A stretch of DNA of 32,443 nt from Akkermansia muciniphila (GTDB lineage: Bacteria; Verrucomicrobiota; Verrucomicrobiia; Limisphaerales; UBA9464): contig CAMATE010000003.1 of assembly GCA_945861075.1 (NCBI GenBank), positions 1 to 32,443 of the forward strand. The letters run 5' to 3'. Numbering within the stretch: position 1 is the stretch's first letter; each line of letters begins with the position of its first letter. Position numbers and translations under genes: made by a program. The notes beneath the pieces are model-generated. The model had not been told where the DNA came from. It searched no databases and saw only the letters and a program-made list of their open reading frames with translations. Of this stretch, positions 16,131 through 25,786 are shown one piece after another.

Positions 16131-19100
16131 CTAGAGGGAAGATTGAGCGGTGACTATGACCCGGCGAGCCAGCATCTGAAGGACTTCATCTCCAGTCATT
16201 CTTTCCGGACGAATATAGCCCAACCGGCGGAAGCGAAGGACTTTCTCCAAGGCACCCTTGAGATCGCCCGCTCTCAGGTCGGCATCGATCAATCGGGCCA
16301 TCATGCCCGCCGGGCACCCCGGATCCTCCGAGAAATCCAACGGCCCAAACCGCTTTTCATCCAGATCAAGGGCTTCCTCGAAGAGCACCCGGGCGCGGGC
16401 ATCATTACCCCGATCCCAGCTCACCTCAGCCAACCGCATGCGGTGTATTCGCTGACGGGCAGGATCCAATTGGGTGAGCACTCCCAGAAACACCTCCAAC
16501 CGGACCGAATCGGGCAAATGGAAAGCCGAGCGCCGAGTGCGGTGCTGCAGCAAGAGCAGGTCGGCCAACTGGCGCATGAGGTTCAGATCGCCCAATTGCT
16601 CTTCATTGGAGAAGGACGGGTGGCTGACCAGCGAGGCCACCTCGCCGTCCGGCGCAGGATTCTGGATGGCGTAGGTGGAAAGCAACCGGAGCACCGTTGG
16701 ATCTTTCGGTTGAAGTTCCTGCCAACGACGCAAGACGGAGCGGAAAACTGGGAGTTGAGGAATGCCGATCTTGGCGAATTGCCGGGCCAAGGCTCGGCAA
16801 TCTTCGGCCGTCAGCGGAGAACGCGCCAGGTGTTCCCCGAGGAGCGTCCGCGGCCGGGGGCGCTGAACCTCGTTGAGCCGATAAGGCACCATGGCCATGC
16901 CTCGGACGAAAAAGGCCTGCTGGGCCCGATACTCGAGTACCGGATGAAAATCGCTGTGGATCGTCGTGCCGTCCGGGGCCAAAAAGAACGCATCCCCGAA
17001 GGCCAGCATTTGCAACGCCAGCACATTGACGGGCCGGGTGATCTCAATGCGCCCGAGGTCGGCCGCGACGGACGGATCGGCCAGGCGGCGGGCCATGGCC
17101 TGCAAGTCGGGACGGTAGGGTTGGGCGGCCCCGATGAGGAGTAGGTCGCTGGTGGAGGTCTGCCAGAGGCTCAGATGCGGGAACACCGAACCGAAGGTGG
17201 CCACGACGGTGGCGAAGGTGTCATCGTCGGTCTCATAGGCTTGGATCCACTGGGCGCAGAGACCACCGGGCTTCAGGCGAGCAAGACAGTCCCGGTAATA
17301 CTCCTGACTGAACACGGCGGCGACACCCGCCATCCAGGGATTCGACGGCTCGGTGACAATGATGTCGAAGGACTCTGGGGTGGTCTGGAGGAAAGTCTTG
17401 GCGTCCTCGATGTGGGTGTGGCACCGGGGATTGCGAAGGGCATCGTGGTTGAAGGGCGCAAAATGCTCACGGGCGACCTCGGTCACCTCCGGGGAAATCT
17501 CGACCAAGTCCACGGCCTTCACCGTCGGATGTTGCAGAATCGAGCCGACCGTCACGCCGCTGCCCGCGCCGACCACGAGGACTCTCTCGGCGGAAGGATG
17601 GAGCAACATCGGCAATTGGCCGGCCAGAATCTGGGTGCTCATGTCCTCACCGGAACTGGCGTCGGCCTTGCCGTTGACCTTGAGGCTGATGCTCGGCTGA
17701 CCCGCGCGGTTGGTGACAGCCAGAATCGCAACCGTCGATCCGGCCCCGTCACGGTGGTAGGCCAGGTTGTAGATGTCGGCGCGTTGACGGAATTCAGCGA
17801 TACTCGCCGGAGGACGAACGTCGCGCCAGAGCCCCAGAACGAAGGCGCGCGACCAGCGTTCGCCGAGCGTGAGCGAGACCACAGCGACCAGCACGGCCGT
17901 GGCCACCAACCCTTGGATCAGGGCCCTGGTGACGCCACCACGCCGGGAGGCCAGGGTGACCCAGCCGATGAGTGCGTTGATGCCGATGCCCAGAGCAAGG
18001 GTCGATGCCAACCCAAGGACGGGCAGGAAGACCAAACCGGTGAGAACGGCCCCCAACACTGTCCCCACCGTGTTGACGGCGAACACCCGACCGACCGATC
18101 CGCCGGTCGTACGGAAGTCGGCCGTGACCACGCGGCTGGCCAACGGCAGGGTCATACCCAGGCATACGGCGGGCACGAAGAGCACACTGAAACAGACAAG
18201 CACCTGGACCAGTTCATACAACGGATAGGCCGCCGGCCGCCGGGCGATGACGTCGGCAAGATGGGCAAAGGCGTACGGAATGAGGTCGTAGAAAAACATC
18301 GAGACCAACAGCGTGCCGGCCAGCGCCCATTCGGCGACAGCGAAGGCGACGAGCGTGTCGTAGCGCCGGCGCCAGGCGGACACCAGCGCACTGCCGACGG
18401 CGATGCCACTGATGAACGTGGCCAGCATCAGCGAGTAGGCGTGAGTGCTGGACCCGAGCGCCAGGGCCAACAGGCGGGTCCAAGCCACCTCATAGATCAT
18501 GGCCACGAAGCCGGACAGGCCGGCGGCCACCAGCGCCACCCGGCACTCCAAAGGCGTGAAGGACTCGTCGGTCGCGGAACGTGCAACCGGCTGAACTGGC
18601 TCATCGAGACCCTCGCCGCTACGGGAACTTAAGACGTACGCGACCAAGGCGATGCCGAGGCTCAGCGTCGCGCCCAACTGCACCACTGCCTCGAGGCCCA
18701 GCGCGGGAATCCACCACCAGTCGGCCAGCAGAATGCCGGCGACTGCGCCCGCACTGTTGATCGAGTAGAGCGCCGCCACCCGGCCACGGAGCTCCGAAAG
18801 TGAACGGGTGACGTATTTGGTGAGCACCGGGAGCGTCGCGCCCATCAGCACGGTCGGCAGGAGGATGATGAGCACGGCGAAGCCGAACTGCAGGGCCAGG
18901 CGCGGAGTCCCCTCGGGATGGACCGTCCGGATAACCGACAGGAAACCCTGTCGGACGGTCTCGAAATACCAGGGGAAAAACACCGCGAAGAGTCCGATCC
19001 CGGCCTCCAGACAGGCATAGAAGAACAGCGGTCTCCGGAGCGAATCGGCCCGCGTGCCCAACAGGGCGTTGCCCGCAGCCAATCCACCCATGAAGGCGGC

Positions 19101-19247
19101 GAGGACCGCGACCACGGCGTAGCTGGTGCTTCCGAGGAAAAGGGCCAGATACCTCGTCCAGACAACCTGATAAAGCAGGCCGGCGAGGCCTGAGACGAAA
19201 AACGAGGCGAGGATGGTCCAGAAGACCCCGCGGGAATTCGACTTCAT
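16131..19247 (-). CDS. Fused MFS-like membrane domain / spermidine synthase-like SAM-binding protein with a helical (TPR-like) C-terminus
   Basis: Duplicated TM module (SGLAGLLYQVVWTR / SGFVAMIYEVAWTR), LKVNGKADAS, VLVVGAGSGVT, VEISPEV, EDAKTFL, FDIIVTEPSNPW and LKPGGLCAQW. Confidence 0.9.
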   Translation of the reverse strand: MKSNSRGVFWTILASFFVSGLAGLLYQVVWTRYLALFLGSTSYAVVAVLAAFMGGLAAGNALLGTRADSLRRPLFFYACLEAGIGLFAVFFPWYFETVRQGFLSVIRTVHPEGTPRLALQFGFAVLIILLPTVLMGATLPVLTKYVTRSLSELRGRVAALYSINSAGAVAGILLADWWWIPALGLEAVVQLGATLSLGIALVAYVLSSRSGEGLDEPVQPVARSATDESFTPLECRVALVAAGLSGFVAMIYEVAWTRLLALALGSSTHAYSLMLATFISGIAVGSALVSAWRRRYDTLVAFAVAEWALAGTLLVSMFFYDLIPYAFAHLADVIARRPAAYPLYELVQVLVCFSVLFVPAVCLGMTLPLASRVVTADFRTTGGSVGRVFAVNTVGTVLGAVLTGLVFLPVLGLASTLALGIGINALIGWVTLASRRGGVTRALIQGLVATAVLVAVVSLTLGERWSRAFVLGLWRDVRPPASIAEFRQRADIYNLAYHRDGAGSTVAILAVTNRAGQPSISLKVNGKADASSGEDMSTQILAGQLPMLLHPSAERVLVVGAGSGVTVGSILQHPTVKAVDLVEISPEVTEVAREHFAPFNHDALRNPRCHTHIEDAKTFLQTTPESFDIIVTEPSNPWMAGVAAVFSQEYYRDCLARLKPGGLCAQWIQAYETDDDTFATVVATFGSVFPHLSLWQTSTSDLLLIGAAQPYRPDLQAMARRLADPSVAADLGRIEITRPVNVLALQMLAFGDAFFLAPDGTTIHSDFHPVLEYRAQQAFFVRGMAMVPYRLNEVQRPRPRTLLGEHLARSPLTAEDCRALARQFAKIGIPQLPVFRSVLRRWQELQPKDPTVLRLLSTYAIQNPAPDGEVASLVSHPSFSNEEQLGDLNLMRQLADLLLLQHRTRRSAFHLPDSVRLEVFLGVLTQLDPARQRIHRMRLAEVSWDRGNDARARVLFEEALDLDEKRFGPLDFSEDPGCPAGMMARLIDADLRAGDLKGALEKVLRFRRLGYIRPERMTGDEVLQMLARRVIVTAQSSL

Positions 19248-19284
19248 GGTGTGAGCGCAGACTACACTGGATTCCCAAAAAAAC

Positions 19285-19800
19285 CTAGGATGCGGTTGGG
19301 ATCTCAGAGCTCAGGCGCTCCCAAATCACCCGGAATGCGCTGGCGAAATCTTCCGGACGCTGCGCAACCCACTCGGAGATCGCACCGATCGTGAACCAAC
19401 CTCCCCCACGGATTTCCGATGGCTGGAGCACGAACGGGCCTTCGTGATCGGCCCGATACACGCCGCAGAATTCCCAACCCGTGGATGCCGTGGCATCCAA
19501 TTCGAAGATTCGACGAGGAGGCTGGGTCAGTTCTACACCCAGTTCCTCGGCGACCTCTCGGAGCGCCGTGCCATCCATGTCGTCACCGGCACTGACATGG
19601 CCCGAAGAGGACGAATCCCAGACTCCGGGAAAATCATCCTTCCAAAGCGCCCGCTGCTGAAGAAACAGCTCACCCCGCTGGTTGAAGACCAGGATATGAA
19701 CAGCCCGGTGACGCAGCTTCAGGCGGTGTACCTCGCTGCGGGGCGCTTGGCCAATGACCCGGTTTTGCTCATCCACCACATCAAACCATTCCTCGGACAT
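19285..19800 (-). CDS. NUDIX hydrolase (YfcD / IPP-isomerase-like fold)
   Basis: HRAVHILVFNQRGELFLQQR, WDSSSSGHV and the Nudix box ALREVAEELGV. Confidence 0.88.
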   Translation of the reverse strand: MSEEWFDVVDEQNRVIGQAPRSEVHRLKLRHRAVHILVFNQRGELFLQQRALWKDDFPGVWDSSSSGHVSAGDDMDGTALREVAEELGVELTQPPRRIFELDATASTGWEFCGVYRADHEGPFVLQPSEIRGGGWFTIGAISEWVAQRPEDFASAFRVIWERLSSEIPTAS

Positions 19801-19942
19801 ACGGACCGGAGGTTCCGACAGGAGCCCGAGACCGGCAACCGCAGAACCGCTTTGCAGAACCGTTTACCTCCCAAGGGCAATCCCGGTGTTTCCCGTGACT
19901 GTCGCTTGACGGATGATGAGCGGCTTTCGAGATTGGAGGCAG

Positions 19943-20350
19943 ATGTCGCAGGCCAAACAACAGAAGTTGGGAAAGCGGGAAACCCGGGATCTCGATGTGG
20001 AGATCGGTTTTCTCGAAGGGCTGGTTGGAAAGGACCCCCAGTATGTGGAGGCGCTCCAACTCTTGGCCGATGACTACACCCGGCGCGGGCGCATCAATGA
20101 CGGCCTGAGAGTCGATCACCAACTCAAGTCGCTCCGGCCCGGCGATCCGGAAGTGCTCTTCAATCTGGCCTGCAGCCTGTCTCTGGCCGGTGACTTGGAA
20201 TCGGCCATCGATGAACTGGTCCGGGCCATCGAGGCGGGCTACCGAGACTTCGATTGGATGCTCAAAGATCCAGACTTGGCCGCGGTCCGCAAGGAACCGG
20301 CCTTTCGAAAGGTCCGAGACCAGCTCAAGACCCTCAAGGCCGAGATTTGA
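19943..20350 (+). CDS. Small TPR-containing protein
   Basis: PEVLFNLACSLSL...AIDELVRAIEAGYRDFDWMLKDPDLAAVR is a TPR end-of-group-like motif. Start is 19943 (or 19913). It overlaps the convergent vWA gene by 17 nt. Confidence 0.85.
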   Translation: MSQAKQQKLGKRETRDLDVEIGFLEGLVGKDPQYVEALQLLADDYTRRGRINDGLRVDHQLKSLRPGDPEVLFNLACSLSLAGDLESAIDELVRAIEAGYRDFDWMLKDPDLAAVRKEPAFRKVRDQLKTLKAEI

Positions 20351-22715
20351 TCTGGCCCGCTGGCGGGGCGGCATTCGATGCCGAATCATTCAAGGCCCGC
20401 GCCTGACGAACCAGCTGCAGGAACTCCATCCGGTATCCCTCTCGATCCGGGCCCTGCCCTTCCTCGGCCAGCGACTGAACCTTCTCCCAGGTCAAGTCAC
20501 CCTTGTAGGGGGAATCCCTCAGCAGCAACCCGTAGCCCACCACCGCGGCGGCGAACTTGTAATCGGCCGTCGCTGCATCCGCACTCCGGTGGACATCTGG
20601 AACACCGACTTGAAGGCTCCGTGCCGGCTTGTTGGTGGTCGTATTCTGAACCGCACCACCCGCCGGAGACCGGTAGCCCACCTGAAGGCTGAGCAAGTCG
20701 TTCGAAGGACTGGCGACCGCTGCAGACGCCTTGTCAGCAGCCGATTCCGGTCGGCTTCCCGAGCGATTGGGAACGATTTCGTACAAGGCGGTCACCGACT
20801 GGCCCGCCTCCATTGGAGTCCCTTTTTGCGCTGCGGCGTTGGTTTTGGAAGCCGCGCGTTTAGGTGAAGGATCCCGACTTTCTTGGCTGAGCAATCGCCA
20901 GCGATCGACGCGATCGGGATTGAACCGGACATCCACCGTCACGTCCTCAGCCGCCGTCGTCGGATCCGGCAGCAATTCTCGCTGCAAGGCCGCGCGCGCT
21001 TCAGCCGGGCTGGCGACCGAGGCGTAGGTCTCGCCAGAAGGCGTGGGGACCCAAGGGGTGGCATTTGGGGCGGCCACGGTATCGGAGCCAAAACCCAGAA
21101 CGCTCAGCAACACACCCCATTCGGTCTGCTCACGAATGAGCGCCGCGAGCTCTTCCCGGGTGCCAACCTCGGCAGAGAATTCTCCGTCGAGGATCCAAAT
21201 CACGCGGTTGATGCCATCACGGACAAGATGCTGAGCGGCCAACGCGTAGGCCCTGCGCAAGCCTTCCAACCCGCGCGGGGCACCCTCGGCCCGCAACAAG
21301 CCCAGGCTTCGGGACAATCTGTCTTGATCACCCGCAGAGGTCGGCGGCAGAAGCACTCTTCCGCGAGGGCCGTCGAGCAACAAGGCCACGGAATCCCGAT
21401 CATTGAGGGTCTCAAAGAGGGTTTGCAGGCTCCGCTGAGCCCACGAGAGCCGAGCCGCAGAGCCGGGACTAAGACTCACCAGCACGACGATGTTGGCTGC
21501 GGGACGTCCAACAGGGCGCATTGGGCGAGCCTGAACACCGATTTTCACCAGACGGTGATCGGGGCTCCACGGAGAATCAGCCACCTCGACATGGGCCGAT
21601 ACGGGATCCGATCCCGCAGGGGCCGGCTGGTTGTATGAAAAATAGTTGAGCAACTCGTCGAGGCGGACCGCATCGGGTGATGGCAGTTGCCCTTCTTGAA
21701 GGGCTTTTCGGACCTGGGGGTAACTCGTATTGCCTGGCTTCAGCGGGAAGGTGGACAGCGGAGAGGTCGCTGCCGACTGGAAGGGAATCTCTCGGGTGGT
21801 CTGAGCCTGACGACGCGGTGACGGCGACTTCGTTGACGATGCAACCGGTTCGCGGGTCTCAGCTGCAGCCACCGCGTTTGGCACCAAAGGGCTGGCCTTG
21901 GCCTTGGCCTGGCCCAGCCATCGAGGGGATTCCTTCGAGTCCTTGGGGGCAAAAGACGCAACATCGCTGCTGCGGGCCGAATCCGACACGGCCCAGCCCT
22001 GAGCCTGCGCCAAGGCCGCTGTGGTCCCACCGGGCGCATCCCCCGAAACCGGCGCGCCCAGCGCCACAGGATTTCTACCCGAATGATCCCAACGAAGCTG
22101 AGGATCACCGCGCTGGATATCTTCTTGAATCGGGCTTTCAGGCACCGCTTCCGTCGCCACCTCAGCGCCCAAGGGTTGCTCCAACTGGTTTGACGCTTCA
22201 GGCGTGGATTCGAGCATTCGAACCGGCGCATTGGACTCCGTGCTGTGGGCAGCGACAGAACCGGCAGGGACGGAGGCAGACTTCCACGGACTCCAGAGAG
22301 CCAAAGCAATGCTCAATGCGGTCGCCGCAGCCAAACCCAACCCCATTGCCGGACGAGTGAGCACCGACCAGAACCGGCGCCAGGGAGAGTCCGCATTGGA
22401 ATACAGTCCTTCAGCAAATCGCCGGGGCAATCCGCGCTCCGGATTGCGGGCATAAGCGAGAACGGCCTGACGACGGTCCAGGCTCAAACGATGGATCGCT
22501 TCCTGCGCCAGATCCGTTTCAACGCTATCGGCCAAGCGTCGAATCTCTCCCACCTCGGCACGCAAGGCAGCCGAACGGGCCACGACTTTCTCGGCGGCGG
22601 CTCGGCGCTCGGCCCAACCGGGGACCGATTGTTCGTACGGGCCGTCCTTCAAGGCGAAGTCGGTCAATTCCGGTGAATCAGGCGTCCAATCCGCAGGTGA
22701 TGAAGAGGATTTCAT
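20334..22715 (-). CDS. Putative transmembrane anti-sigma factor with a YfbK-like vWA/DUF3520 extracytoplasmic domain (MIDAS degenerate)
   Basis: N-terminal cytoplasmic segment, one TM helix (MGLGLAAATALSIALALW) and a low-complexity linker. YfbK-like motifs follow: PLSTF, LPSPDAVRLDELLNYFSY, GINRVI, DV..FNPDRV, GQSVTALYEIVP, FAAAVVGYGLLLRDSPYKG and GYRMEFLQLV. ATGA overlap with the sigma gene. Confidence 0.85.
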   Translation of the reverse strand: MKSSSSPADWTPDSPELTDFALKDGPYEQSVPGWAERRAAAEKVVARSAALRAEVGEIRRLADSVETDLAQEAIHRLSLDRRQAVLAYARNPERGLPRRFAEGLYSNADSPWRRFWSVLTRPAMGLGLAAATALSIALALWSPWKSASVPAGSVAAHSTESNAPVRMLESTPEASNQLEQPLGAEVATEAVPESPIQEDIQRGDPQLRWDHSGRNPVALGAPVSGDAPGGTTAALAQAQGWAVSDSARSSDVASFAPKDSKESPRWLGQAKAKASPLVPNAVAAAETREPVASSTKSPSPRRQAQTTREIPFQSAATSPLSTFPLKPGNTSYPQVRKALQEGQLPSPDAVRLDELLNYFSYNQPAPAGSDPVSAHVEVADSPWSPDHRLVKIGVQARPMRPVGRPAANIVVLVSLSPGSAARLSWAQRSLQTLFETLNDRDSVALLLDGPRGRVLLPPTSAGDQDRLSRSLGLLRAEGAPRGLEGLRRAYALAAQHLVRDGINRVIWILDGEFSAEVGTREELAALIREQTEWGVLLSVLGFGSDTVAAPNATPWVPTPSGETYASVASPAEARAALQRELLPDPTTAAEDVTVDVRFNPDRVDRWRLLSQESRDPSPKRAASKTNAAAQKGTPMEAGQSVTALYEIVPNRSGSRPESAADKASAAVASPSNDLLSLQVGYRSPAGGAVQNTTTNKPARSLQVGVPDVHRSADAATADYKFAAAVVGYGLLLRDSPYKGDLTWEKVQSLAEEGQGPDREGYRMEFLQLVRQARALNDSASNAAPPAGQIKSRP

Positions 22716-23296
22716 GGCGATGAGGTCGGAGGCTGACCGGAGCGGTTATCCAGGTGCTCGAAGCGTTGCCGAAGGGTCTTCAAGGCCGTGTGCAACAAGA
22801 ACCCAACATTGGTCTCGGTCAACCGGGTGAGTTGGGAGATCTCCCGGTAACTGAGCTGATTCTGGAATTTAAGTCGGACCACCTCCCGCTGATTGGGCGG
22901 CAAGGAAGTCATGAGGGACATCAGGTTGCGGACATCGTCCCGCGCCTGAACGGAAGCCGACGGAATCGGGCCATTTCCTGCCACCTCGGACGCTTCAGAC
23001 TCCGCCGCCCGAGGCCAACGGGATTCGCGACGATGACGGTCCATGGCCTGATTGCGGACCACCGTGAAGAGCCAGGGCACCAGACGTCCGCGCAACGTTC
23101 CGGGCTCCTGCTTGCACAACTTGAAGAACGCGTCTTGGACGAGGTCTTCGGCCGAAGGCAAATCACCGACCAGCGAAAGGGCATAGCGCAGTAGTTCCGC
23201 CTCGTGTCGCTCCATCGAAGCCCGGATCCACTCCACCCGCTCATCGGTTTGGTTGGAGGTGGTGGACGGGTTCATGGCGGACGCCGGGCATTCCAT
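22712..23296 (-). CDS. ECF-family RNA polymerase sigma factor
   Basis: Region 2 AEDLVQDAF...WLFTVVRNQAMD and region 4 LPPNQREVVRLKFQNQLSYREIS. Start is 23296 or 23275. Confidence 0.93.
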   Translation of the reverse strand: MECPASAMNPSTTSNQTDERVEWIRASMERHEAELLRYALSLVGDLPSAEDLVQDAFFKLCKQEPGTLRGRLVPWLFTVVRNQAMDRHRRESRWPRAAESEASEVAGNGPIPSASVQARDDVRNLMSLMTSLPPNQREVVRLKFQNQLSYREISQLTRLTETNVGFLLHTALKTLRQRFEHLDNRSGQPPTSSP

Positions 23297-23302
23297 ACTG
23301 AC

Positions 23303-23327
23303 AACGCCCGGCCGGGAAGTGTCTTAG
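23303..23327 (-). promoter_or_regulatory. Candidate autoregulatory ECF promoter
   Basis: Minus-strand CTAAGA, N15, CGTT, N6, ATG directly upstream of the sigma gene. CGTT is a typical ECF -10 element. Confidence 0.35.
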
Positions 23328-23431
23328 GAACAAAAACAGGAATAAAACCGGTCGCTTCTCCCGGATGCAGAAGTGCCTATGGATTGCCTTTTTACCAAAC
23401 CCAACCCGCACGGAAGCCCATTTTCCGAGGT

Positions 23432-25069
23432 TCAGATCTCGCGCCAGCGCTGGGCCACGGGTTGACGACGACCCACTCCGAAGGCGCGGGATGTGACCTT
23501 GAGTCCGGGAGCGGCCTGACGGCGTTTGTACTCGGATAAATCAATGAGTCGAACGACTCGACGGACATCCGCCTCCCTGAAGCCCAAGGCGATGATCTCG
23601 GCCACCGAACGATCTTCGACCACATAAGCCTCGAGGATGGCATCCAACACGTCGTAGGGGGGCAGGCTGTCCTGATCGGTCTGATTGGGCCGCAACTCGG
23701 CGCTGGGCGCCTTGGTGATGGACGAATCGGGAATGAGTTCGCGGTCACGATTCACCCACCGGGCCACGCGATAAACCCAGGTTTTGGGCAAATCGCTGAT
23801 CACGGCCAACCCACCGCACATGTCGCCGTACAGCGTGCAATAGCCGACGGCCAATTCACTTTTGTTGCCCGTGGTCAGGAGCAGCGATCCAAACTTGTTG
23901 GACATGGCCATGAGGGTCACACCCCGAAGCCTCGCCTGCAGATTCTCTTCGGTGGTGTCTTCCGGCCGACCTTCAAACAGCGGCCCCATCTGACGCTTGA
24001 GGGCTTCGAAAGAACCCTGGATGGGCACCACATCGAAGCGAATCCCGAGGTTGGCCGCCAAGGATCGCGCATCATCGATGCTCCCGGCGCTGGAAAACTC
24101 GGTCGGCAAGGCCAGACCCCGGACATTTTCGGCACCCAGCGCATCCACGGCCAAAGCTGCAACCAAGGCCGAATCAATGCCGCCCGAAAGACCCATCACC
24201 ACCGATTTGAAACCGCATTTTCGGACATAATCACGCGTACCCAGCACCAGTGCATCGTGCAACAGCGCCTCATCAGCGACGGAAGCCAGTGGCCGATCGA
24301 GAGCGGCATCCGTGTCGACCAACACAAAATCCTCCGAAAAGTGGTTCGCCTCGGCAATGCAGCCACCCTCGGCGTTGAAGGCCAGACTGCGACCGTCGAA
24401 CACCAACTCATCGTTGCCACCCACCAGGTTGCAGTACACGACCGGCACCTGATGCCGGCGGGCCAAGGATCGCAGCAATCCGCACCGGCGTTGTTCCTTG
24501 CCGAGCTGCCAGGGCGAAGCGCTCAGGTTGATGAGAATCTCGGCACCCGAAGCGACCAAGGCGGCCGCCGGATCCGGCCGGTAACGCCGTTGAACCCCGA
24601 ACTCGGCGTCATTCCAAATATCTTCGCAAATGGTCAATCCCAGCCGACGACCCTCCCAATGGATGACGGCGTTCTCCGAGGCTGGCTCGAAGTAGCGGTC
24701 TTCGTCGAAGACATCGTACGTCGGCAAGAGTGTCTTGGTGCGGATAGCCACCACTTGGCCTCGGTGGAGCAAGGCCGCCGCATTGGTGAGCGGACGCCCC
24801 GGGCGAGCGGGATTCTCACCCACAAACCCGACGATCAACCCCACATCACCCACGGCCGCAGCCAAGCGTTCCAAGGCCGCCTGATTGGCCCGAATGAAGG
24901 CCTCTCTCAAGAGCAGGTCGCGTGGCGGATAACCGGTGAGGGACAGTTCCGGAGTGAGCACCAGATCGACTTGCGCATCGACGCCGCGCCGATAGGCCTC
25001 GAGGACCAGCCTCTCGTTGGCGGCGATGTCCCCGACCGTGGTGTTGAGCTGCGCTAAGGCGATCCTCAT
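23432..25069 (-). CDS. nadE: Glutamine-dependent NAD+ synthetase
   Basis: Nitrilase domain with the E-K-C triad (TPELSLTGY, KTLLPTY, ICEDIW), plus synthetase motifs GLSGGIDS, ENLQARLRG, TTGNKSELAVGYCTLYGD, PSAELRPNQTDQD and EYKRRQ. Confidence 0.97.
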   Translation of the reverse strand: MRIALAQLNTTVGDIAANERLVLEAYRRGVDAQVDLVLTPELSLTGYPPRDLLLREAFIRANQAALERLAAAVGDVGLIVGFVGENPARPGRPLTNAAALLHRGQVVAIRTKTLLPTYDVFDEDRYFEPASENAVIHWEGRRLGLTICEDIWNDAEFGVQRRYRPDPAAALVASGAEILINLSASPWQLGKEQRRCGLLRSLARRHQVPVVYCNLVGGNDELVFDGRSLAFNAEGGCIAEANHFSEDFVLVDTDAALDRPLASVADEALLHDALVLGTRDYVRKCGFKSVVMGLSGGIDSALVAALAVDALGAENVRGLALPTEFSSAGSIDDARSLAANLGIRFDVVPIQGSFEALKRQMGPLFEGRPEDTTEENLQARLRGVTLMAMSNKFGSLLLTTGNKSELAVGYCTLYGDMCGGLAVISDLPKTWVYRVARWVNRDRELIPDSSITKAPSAELRPNQTDQDSLPPYDVLDAILEAYVVEDRSVAEIIALGFREADVRRVVRLIDLSEYKRRQAAPGLKVTSRAFGVGRRQPVAQRWREI

Positions 25070-25102
25070 GAAAGAAAGTGTCGGCGATTCGACGGCGAAG
25101 AC

Positions 25103-25690
25103 TCAGTTCAATTGAGCCAACGGACTCAAAACCTCTGCGAGACTGCCGCGCTCGGTGCTGATGAGGGTGCCCGGACCGAAGCCATTGCGGGTGAAGTAGT
25201 CTGGCGCCGCTTCCAGCACAAACTGGATGCGGGAGGATTTCGACGGCACCCCCTTGGCATCCTGGGCCTTGAGGCGAACAATTTCCTGAATCACTCCGTC
25301 ATGATCGATGTAGGCCACATCGATGTCGAAGGGCACGTTCTTCATGTAGAAGGAACGGTCCCGGGGTCCAGCGAAGACGAAGAGCATGGTTTCTTCAGGC
25401 CCGATGGCCGTGCGATGCATGAGGCCCGTGGCGATTTGGGGCACCGTATGACACAACTCCGAGACAATTTCCTTGGAGCCGATCCACAGCTTCACCCGAG
25501 GCAAATTCACCTGGGCGCTGGCCAGATGAAACACCGGCTCGGAGGCTTCAGCCGGTGGACCCGACGCCGTAGGCGAAGGCGACGCGGTGGACGACTTCTG
25601 CACCGACGGGGCAGCCGGAGCCGGGGCCTGCGGCTGAGCACCACAACCCACCCACCACACACACAACAGGAGCGCGAGCAATCGCTTCAC
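25103..25690 (-). CDS. DUF192 domain lipoprotein
   Basis: Likely GTG start, VKRLLALLLCVWWVG-C lipobox-like signal and a Pro/Ala/Ser linker, then GLMHR...MLFVF...FYMKNVPFDIDVAYID...FVLE. Confidence 0.87.
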   Translation of the reverse strand: MKRLLALLLCVWWVGCGAQPQAPAPAAPSVQKSSTASPSPTASGPPAEASEPVFHLASAQVNLPRVKLWIGSKEIVSELCHTVPQIATGLMHRTAIGPEETMLFVFAGPRDRSFYMKNVPFDIDVAYIDHDGVIQEIVRLKAQDAKGVPSKSSRIQFVLEAAPDYFTRNGFGPGTLISTERGSLAEVLSPLAQLN

Positions 25691-25786
25691 GCCGTCCACA
25701 CTGACCTCACGACGCTCTGCCGGCAATCGGGAGAATGACCAGCCGGCTCAGAGCCTGTCTGAAAATGGGGAGGGGCCACCAAACCC

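Noticed and set aside
15927-18632. 405-aa and 485-aa plus-strand ORFs
   Set aside because: They are antisense to the spermidine-synthase-like gene and have no motifs.
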